A stretch of 64,000 nucleotides of DNA from positions 224,001 through 288,000 of the forward strand of contig CANJVR010000002.1 in the NCBI GenBank assembly GCA_947478395.1, written 5' to 3'. The notes beneath the pieces are model-generated. The model had not been told where the DNA came from. It worked only from the letters and a program-made list of their open reading frames with translations, and ran no database searches. This document shows, piece by piece, positions 58,092-64,000 of this stretch (position 1 is its first letter; every line of letters begins with the position of its first letter). The position numbers were made by a program, and so were the translations under genes. The stretch is from Opitutia bacterium. GTDB lineage: Bacteria; Verrucomicrobiota; Verrucomicrobiia; Opitutales; Opitutaceae.

Positions 58092-59648
58092 ATGGCTAAA
58101 CTGGCTTTGCTTTCTGTTAGCGACAAACAAGGTCTCGTCGAATTCGCCGCCGCCTTGGTGCGCAACCACGGGTACACGCTGCTCTCCACGGGTGGCACGG
58201 CGAAACTGCTCGCCGAAAAAGGCCTTCCCGTCACCGAGGTTGGGCAGCACACGGGCTTTCCTGAAATCATGGAGGGTCGCGTGAAGACGCTGCACCCCAA
58301 GATCCACGGTGGCCTCCTCTGCCGCCGCGATAAACCGGAGCACCTCGCCCAGGCGGCGAAGAACGACATCGCGCTGATTGATCTGGTCGTGGTGAACCTC
58401 TATCCGTTCGAGCAAACCGTCGCGAAGCCGCACGTGGAATTCGAGGAGGCGATCGAGAACATCGATATCGGCGGTCCTTCCATGTTGCGCAGCGCGGCTA
58501 AGAATCACGAGAGCGTGACGGTGGTTTGCGATCCTGCCGATTACCCGGCGGTGCTCACGGCGCTGGCGGCCGGCGAGGGGAGCGAGGCGTTGCTCGCGTT
58601 GCGACGGAAGCTCGCGTTGAAAGTGTTTCAGCGCACGGCGAGCTACGACGGAGCGATCGCTAAATATCTCGAGGCGCAGGCGACCGAGCCGGATTTGGAA
58701 ACGCTCAGCGGATTTCCCGCCACGCTTTCGCTCTCGTGGAAGAAGGCGCAGAGCCTGCGCTACGGGGAAAATCCGCACCAGCAGGCCGCTTTGTACGGGA
58801 CGTTCCACGAACACTTCGAGCAACTCCAGGGCAAGGAACTGAGCTATAATAATATTTTGGATATCACGGCGGCGACGTACCTGATCGGTGAATTTGAACG
58901 GCCGACGGTGGCAATTTTGAAGCACACGAATCCGTGCGGCGTGGCGAGTGCCGAGACCTTGATCGAGGCGTGGGACAAAGCCTACGCGACCGACAAGCAG
59001 GCGCCGTTTGGCGGCATCATCATCGTGAATCAAACGCTCGACGGTGCCCTAGCGGCGGCGATCGCGGAGATTTTCACGGAGGTCATCATCGCCCCGCGCT
59101 TCAGCGACGAAGCGCTCACCATCTTCGGCAAAAAGAAAAACCTGCGGCTCATGATCGCTAAAGGCGGCATCGGCGCCGATGCGTTGCAGGAGATTCGCTC
59201 GGTGGTAGGCGGCGTGCTCGTCCAAGATCGCGACCGCACGCTTGGCAACGTCCGCGAATTCAAGGTCGTGACGAAGCGTGAACCGACGCCGGATGAATGG
59301 GCGGCTATGATGTTCGGCTGGAAAGTCGGGAAGCACGTGAAGTCGAACTCGATTGTTTATGTCCGGGGCGAGCAGACGCTCGGGGTGGGAGCGGGGCAAA
59401 TGGCCCGCGTCGACAGCTCCCGCATCGCGGTCTGGAAGGCCGGCGAAGCCAAACTTGATTTACGCGGATCCGTCGTGGCCAGCGAGGCCCTGTTTCCTTT
59501 CGCCGATGGCTTGATCGCTGCGGCCGACGCCGGAGCGACGTCCGCCATTCAGCCCGGTGGATCGGTGCGCGATGCGGAAGTGATTGCGGCGGCCGACGCG
59601 CGTGGGATGGCGATGGTGTTCACGGGTTCCCGGCACTTTAAGCACTGA
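58092..59648 (+). CDS. purH: Bifunctional AICAR formyltransferase/IMP cyclohydrolase
   Basis: [57 protein letters not shown]. Confidence 0.97.
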   Translation: MAKLALLSVSDKQGLVEFAAALVRNHGYTLLSTGGTAKLLAEKGLPVTEVGQHTGFPEIMEGRVKTLHPKIHGGLLCRRDKPEHLAQAAKNDIALIDLVVVNLYPFEQTVAKPHVEFEEAIENIDIGGPSMLRSAAKNHESVTVVCDPADYPAVLTALAAGEGSEALLALRRKLALKVFQRTASYDGAIAKYLEAQATEPDLETLSGFPATLSLSWKKAQSLRYGENPHQQAALYGTFHEHFEQLQGKELSYNNILDITAATYLIGEFERPTVAILKHTNPCGVASAETLIEAWDKAYATDKQAPFGGIIIVNQTLDGALAAAIAEIFTEVIIAPRFSDEALTIFGKKKNLRLMIAKGGIGADALQEIRSVVGGVLVQDRDRTLGNVREFKVVTKREPTPDEWAAMMFGWKVGKHVKSNSIVYVRGEQTLGVGAGQMARVDSSRIAVWKAGEAKLDLRGSVVASEALFPFADGLIAAADAGATSAIQPGGSVRDAEVIAAADARGMAMVFTGSRHFKH

Positions 59649-59725
59649 GTACGTCTGCGGGTAGGCGTCGGCCCGTTCGCATATCGTTTGTGGTTTGGGT
59701 GCGAAGGCTTCTAGTTACTAACCAT

Positions 59726-61819
59726 ATGAAAACTTGGCTGGTTTTTTTCGGTTCGTTGATGATTCCGGCCCTGCTTGTCGCGGCGCCGCTCAAGACATTG
59801 GAGGAATTTCAAAAAACGGCCGCGCCGTTTCATGCGGAAATTCGTGTGCCGACGTTTCCCACCACGCCGAAACAAATCGAGGCCGACAAGACGGCCGCGA
59901 TTCGCGCCGGTAATGCGGCTCTCGATCAGATCGCGCGTCAGGATCCGAAGAAGCTCACTCTCGAAAGCACGTTCGGTGCACTGGATAATCTGTACTACAA
60001 CGTGAACCGCGCGGCAGGCGTGATCGACTTCGTGCAGCAGACTAACCCCACGCGCGCCGTGCGGGACGCGGCGGAGAATGCCTCGAAGGCGCTGCAAGCA
60101 TGGACGATCGGGGTTCTTTACCGGAGCGACGTTTACGCGGCGCTGAAGGCTTTCGCCGCGACCAAGCCGGAGTTGACTGGTGAAGATCGCCGCCTGGTTG
60201 ACGAGACGATGCTCGACTACCGCCGCGCGGGCCTCGATTTGCCCGGCGCCGAGCGCAAACGGGTCGAAGCTCTGCGTAAGCAGCTCTCCGGGCTCGAGAC
60301 CGATTTCAGTTCAAACATCGTGAAGACGAAGCTGCCGATGGTATTCACCAAGGCGGAACTCGCCGGCGTGCCTGACGATTTTCTCAATTCGCCTGGCGTT
60401 AAAACCGGCGCCGACGCGTACACGATTCTCATCAACGTCACGCCGCAGCGGTTGATGGTGGAGACCAATTGTTCCGTGGCAGCGACGCGCCAACGCGTGA
60501 CGGCCGCCGAGTACGGCCTGGCCCAAAAGACCAACGTCCCGCTTTTGAATAAGATCGTCGAGCTGCGGGCGGACATCGCCCGCAAGCTGGGCTACGCTTC
60601 CTGGGACGATTATCAAATCGAGGAGAAAATGGCGAAAAACGGGGCGACGGCGAAGGCGTTCATCCAGAGTCTGGTCCATGACATTCAGCCGAAGTTCGAG
60701 GCGGAGATCGCGACGATGCAGCAGCTGAAAGCCAGCGAAACACACGATCCCGGCGCGAAGATCGAACTGGCGGATTGGCGCTATTATCAAAATCAACTGA
60801 TGCGAAAAAACTACTCGATCGATACCGAGGCGTTGCGGGTGTACTTCCCCTACGAGCGCGTGCTGCAGGGCATGTTCTCCATCTACCAGTCAATCTTTGG
60901 TCTGAAATTCGAGCAGCTCCAGGCGCCGTATTCTTGGTTCGATGGCGTCACGCTCTGGGCGGTAAGCGACGCGCGCACGAATGAACCAATGGGCCTGTTC
61001 TATCTCGACATGTTTCCCCGCGAAGGAAAATACAACCACTTCGCGCAATTCAGCATCCAGCCGGGAACTCGCTTGGCGGATGGCAGCTATTTGCGGCCGA
61101 CGGTCGCTCTGCTTTGCAACTTTCCGCCGCCCGCGAACGGCGCGCCATCGCTGCTAGATCACCGTGAGGTGGAGACGCTTTTCCATGAGTTCGGACATTG
61201 CATGCACTCCATCCTTACTCGCGCCAATCGTGGCCGCTTCTCGGGCACGAATGTGCCGGGCGACTTCGTGGAAGCGCCCTCGCAAATGCTGGAAAACTGG
61301 ACCTTCGATAAGGCGGTGCTCGACACGTTCGCCGCGGATTATCGCGACCCATCGAAAAAGATTCCCGCGGAAATTATCGGGAAATTGAAAGAGGCGCGAG
61401 TCGCGACGATCGGCACGACCTACCGCCGGCAGTTTTCGTTCGGGTTGCTCGATCTCGCGCTGCACGGACCGCGTGCGACCGGGGCGCGCGTCGATGCGCA
61501 GACGGAAACGAATGCAATTCTCAGCGATGTATTTTTTCCCGTGGATAGCCGCACCGCATTCGTGGCGTTCTTCGGGCATCTGATGGGCTACGACGGCGGC
61601 TACTATGGCTACGCGTGGGCGGATGCCATTGCGGCGGACATGGCGACGGTCTTTGAGCAATCGAAGGGCGGTTATCTTGACCGGGAGACGGGCATGCGGC
61701 TGCGCGACGAAGTCTATGCCGCGGGCAGTGCGCGCGATGTGACCGAATCGATCGAGAAATTCCTCGGCCGGAAACAGTCCAATCTGCCGTTCCTGAAAAC
61801 CCTTGGCTTGGGAAATTAG
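59726..61819 (+). CDS. Secreted M3-family metallopeptidase (thimet oligopeptidase-like)
   Basis: Signal peptide; FYLDMFPREGK, TLFHEFGH (HExxH), DFVEAPSQMLENW, FGHL.GY..GYYGY. Confidence 0.93.
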   Translation: MKTWLVFFGSLMIPALLVAAPLKTLEEFQKTAAPFHAEIRVPTFPTTPKQIEADKTAAIRAGNAALDQIARQDPKKLTLESTFGALDNLYYNVNRAAGVIDFVQQTNPTRAVRDAAENASKALQAWTIGVLYRSDVYAALKAFAATKPELTGEDRRLVDETMLDYRRAGLDLPGAERKRVEALRKQLSGLETDFSSNIVKTKLPMVFTKAELAGVPDDFLNSPGVKTGADAYTILINVTPQRLMVETNCSVAATRQRVTAAEYGLAQKTNVPLLNKIVELRADIARKLGYASWDDYQIEEKMAKNGATAKAFIQSLVHDIQPKFEAEIATMQQLKASETHDPGAKIELADWRYYQNQLMRKNYSIDTEALRVYFPYERVLQGMFSIYQSIFGLKFEQLQAPYSWFDGVTLWAVSDARTNEPMGLFYLDMFPREGKYNHFAQFSIQPGTRLADGSYLRPTVALLCNFPPPANGAPSLLDHREVETLFHEFGHCMHSILTRANRGRFSGTNVPGDFVEAPSQMLENWTFDKAVLDTFAADYRDPSKKIPAEIIGKLKEARVATIGTTYRRQFSFGLLDLALHGPRATGARVDAQTETNAILSDVFFPVDSRTAFVAFFGHLMGYDGGYYGYAWADAIAADMATVFEQSKGGYLDRETGMRLRDEVYAAGSARDVTESIEKFLGRKQSNLPFLKTLGLGN

Positions 61820-61937
61820 GAAGGCCGGGGATGCACGAATAACGGCGTTCGCTCATGCGGCGATAAGTTCGCGGTAAGATTGTTTCATGGGGCGCTTTTC
61901 CGATTGGCGCACGCTGGCGATTTGAGTACGTTGGGAA

Positions 61938-63314
61938 ATGTTCGATCCCGTCGAAAAACTTAAGGAATTCATTCGCTGTCCGTCGGTCTCCGCCGACTCG
62001 AAATTTCGCGAAGGCATGCGCGGGGCCCAGGAATTTGTGGCCAATCTGCTCGGTGGCATGGGCTTCGCCGTCGAAGTGGTGAAGACGGATTTGCATCCGA
62101 TCATTCTCGCGACCCGCGGGGGCGATGCGAGCTGGCCGCATGTCGTGATTTACGGCCACTACGACGTGCAGCCGGCCGATCCTCTGAGCCTTTGGACGAC
62201 GCCACCGTTTGAGCCGACGATTCGTGGCAACCGCATCTTTGGTCGTGGTGCGGCGGACAACAAAGGGCCGCTAATGACGAACATCACCGCCGTCGCGCGT
62301 CTGTTGGAAGCGAATCCAGCGCTGCCGCTGCGGATCACCTTTCTCGTCGAAGGCGAGGAGGAGATGGGCAGTCCGAGTTTCCCGAAATTTCTTGAGGCGC
62401 GTCGAGCGCAGCTCAGCGCGGCGGATTTTGTTTACCTATCCGACACGGCGCTGCCCAATGAACAACAGGTCGTGCTGACCTGCGGGTTGCGCGGACTCGC
62501 GCTATTCGATGTGCAGATCACCGGGGCGAAGGGCGATCTGCATTCCGGGCTGCACGGCGGTGTCCTGCTTAATCCAATTCAGGCCCTGGCGGAAATCATC
62601 GCGACGCTGCACTCCCCCGATGGACGGGTCAACGTCCCGGGTTTTTATGATGACGTCCTCGACGTGCATCCTTGGGAACGCGAGGAATTGAAGAAACTCG
62701 GGGCTGACGAAAAAAATTATGCAGAGTTTTTGGGCATCGATTCGTTTTACACGATGCCCGGTTACTCGCCTTTCGAGGCGGTGCGATTCATGCCCACGCT
62801 GGAGTTTAACGGCATCGGTGGCGGCTATCAGGGCGAGGGCACGAAAACCGTGATCCCGAGCAAGGCCTTCGCCAAGATCAGCTGCCGCCTCGTGCCGAAT
62901 CAGCAGCCGGACAAGATCAAGAAGTTGGTGATGGATGCGATCCGGGCGCGGACGCCGAAAGGGGTGAAATTGGAGTTCGTCGACCAGCATAAAGGCGATC
63001 CTTACGTCGTGGTGCCGCCGGGGCGCTCGAATACGCCGCCGGATCAATCGCCGGTATTGGCGCGGGCTTTTCGTGCGGCCGATGCAGCCGTAACCAAGAT
63101 TTGGGGGCGGCCCCCGCTGTATCTGCGCGAAGGCGGAAGCGTGCCAATCATCGCGGATATCAAGCGTGTCACGGGACTCGATTCGGTCATGTTCGGTCTG
63201 TTTTTGCCGGAAGATAACCTGCATGCGCCGAACGAAAGCTTTAATCTCGATGTCATGCAGAAAGGGATCGAGACCACCCAGTGTATGTTAGCGGCGTTGG
63301 CGGCGGGGAAGTAG
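61938..63314 (+). CDS. M20-family metallo-dipeptidase
   Basis: YGHYDVQP, GRGAADNKG, EGEEE, DLHSG, GGSVP, HAPNE. Confidence 0.93.
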   Translation: MFDPVEKLKEFIRCPSVSADSKFREGMRGAQEFVANLLGGMGFAVEVVKTDLHPIILATRGGDASWPHVVIYGHYDVQPADPLSLWTTPPFEPTIRGNRIFGRGAADNKGPLMTNITAVARLLEANPALPLRITFLVEGEEEMGSPSFPKFLEARRAQLSAADFVYLSDTALPNEQQVVLTCGLRGLALFDVQITGAKGDLHSGLHGGVLLNPIQALAEIIATLHSPDGRVNVPGFYDDVLDVHPWEREELKKLGADEKNYAEFLGIDSFYTMPGYSPFEAVRFMPTLEFNGIGGGYQGEGTKTVIPSKAFAKISCRLVPNQQPDKIKKLVMDAIRARTPKGVKLEFVDQHKGDPYVVVPPGRSNTPPDQSPVLARAFRAADAAVTKIWGRPPLYLREGGSVPIIADIKRVTGLDSVMFGLFLPEDNLHAPNESFNLDVMQKGIETTQCMLAALAAGK

Positions 63315-63427
63315 GCGCGCGACTGTCGGAACAGCGCGATGCTTTAGAGCGCTTTCGGTTAAACCGGCCCGGTACGCGCTCGGGAAATCTAAAAAAGCGG
63401 GCAGAAGCAGCGCGCCACTTAGGAAAT

Positions 63428-63456
63428 AAAAAGCCCCGGTCTTGCGACCGGGGCTT
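63428..63456 (-). terminator. Rho-independent terminator of pal
   Basis: AAGCCCCGGTC-ttgc-GACCGGGGCTT with a T-run on the - strand. Confidence 0.86.
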
Positions 63457-63484
63457 GGTGGTTCGCGCAACGCGGCGCGCAAAA

Positions 63485-64000
63485 TTACTTCTGGGCTTTG
63501 ATGATCACGAGTTCGACGCGGCGATCTTTTTTCATCTCGTCGTCCGTGCCGCTCTTCTTGGATTCTTCGCTGCCTTTGGAAAGGGTTTCGAGTTTGTCCG
63601 CCGCGACCATGACCGTAGTGAGGTATTTTTTCGCTGCATTGGCGCGGCGATCACCGAGGCCGAGATTATATTCTGATGTCCCGCGCCAGTCGGCGTGACC
63701 TTCGAGGAGCAGGCGCTGCGTCGGATTTTTCGCGAGATATTCCTTGGCCGCGTCGAGTTTCGCGCGTTCAGCGGGAGAGATGCTCGACTTGTCGAACTCG
63801 AAATATACGGGCTGCAGAAGACCGCGAATGGTGTGGCCATCATCGATCGCTCCGTCGGGCAGACGATTTTCGAGACCCAGCGACGCGTCGGGCGCACTGG
63901 AGACGTCAGTGGGGTTAATATTTCCGCCGGTATTCGGACCGATGAGCGTCGAGCTCGGATCGGGGCGAACGGGTTTCTTAGTACAGCCCGTGAAAAGTGC
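63485..64000 (-). CDS. pal: Peptidoglycan-associated lipoprotein (OmpA C-like domain); 5'-truncated, absent from the ORF track
   Basis: Manual translation: ALFTGC lipobox...VYFEFDKS...LEGHADWRGTSEYNLGLGDRRANAAKKYL...DRRVELVII; stop TAA at 63485-63487. Confidence 0.9.
   Translation of the reverse strand, partial: ALFTGCTKKPVRPDPSSTLIGPNTGGNINPTDVSSAPDASLGLENRLPDGAIDDGHTIRGLLQPVYFEFDKSSISPAERAKLDAAKEYLAKNPTQRLLLEGHADWRGTSEYNLGLGDRRANAAKKYLTTVMVAADKLETLSKGSEESKKSGTDDEMKKDRRVELVIIKAQK

Noticed and set aside
57984..59033. Apparent long N-terminal fusion on ApaG (481-aa ORF) and N-terminal extension on PurH (669-aa ORF)
   Set aside because: Each extension is the antisense frame of the other gene; real starts are ATG 57983 (-) and ATG 58092 (+)
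63345..63381. TAGAGCG...CGCTC as another copy of the MITE-like element
   Set aside because: Only the short end motif matches; internal sequence is unrelated

Overview
GC-rich bacterial chromosome segment, most likely Verrucomicrobiota/Opitutaceae. This is an inference from the Opitutus-style TonB receptor, pilin-like protein, DUF5069, mcsA-mcsB-clpC in a diderm and the eukaryote-type UDP-sugar pyrophosphorylase. It is largely core genome with about 52 CDSs: der, fmt, recD2, an Mla/Pqi-type ABC system, typA, ruvX-truA-comF-accD-folC, iorAB-like molybdoenzyme, CBS-PPase, ilvE-mcsA-mcsB-clpC, ftsB-UAP-pgm, apaG/beta-CASP RNase, purH, peptidases and a partial pal. It also holds tRNA-Ser(GCT) and an unannotated 185-nt 6S-like RNA. 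No integrase, transposase, CRISPR array or recognisable defence island was seen. The most notable structures are: (1) a tight promoter / 6S-like RNA / 4-TM membrane protein / intact family-B DNA polymerase / terminator unit; (2) three accessory polymerases of families B, X and Y within 24 kb; (3) several families of small non-coding repeats, including a ~141-bp MITE/REPIN-like element (two full copies and one partial, one nested in a 28-bp inverted repeat) and 6-, 7- and 9-nt periodic repeats just upstream of start codons and once in-frame inside recD2; (4) apaG paired with a beta-CASP nuclease instead of apaH; (5) loss of zinc-finger cysteines in AccD and in an FmdB-like protein. All product calls come from motif recognition by eye; no database search was run.
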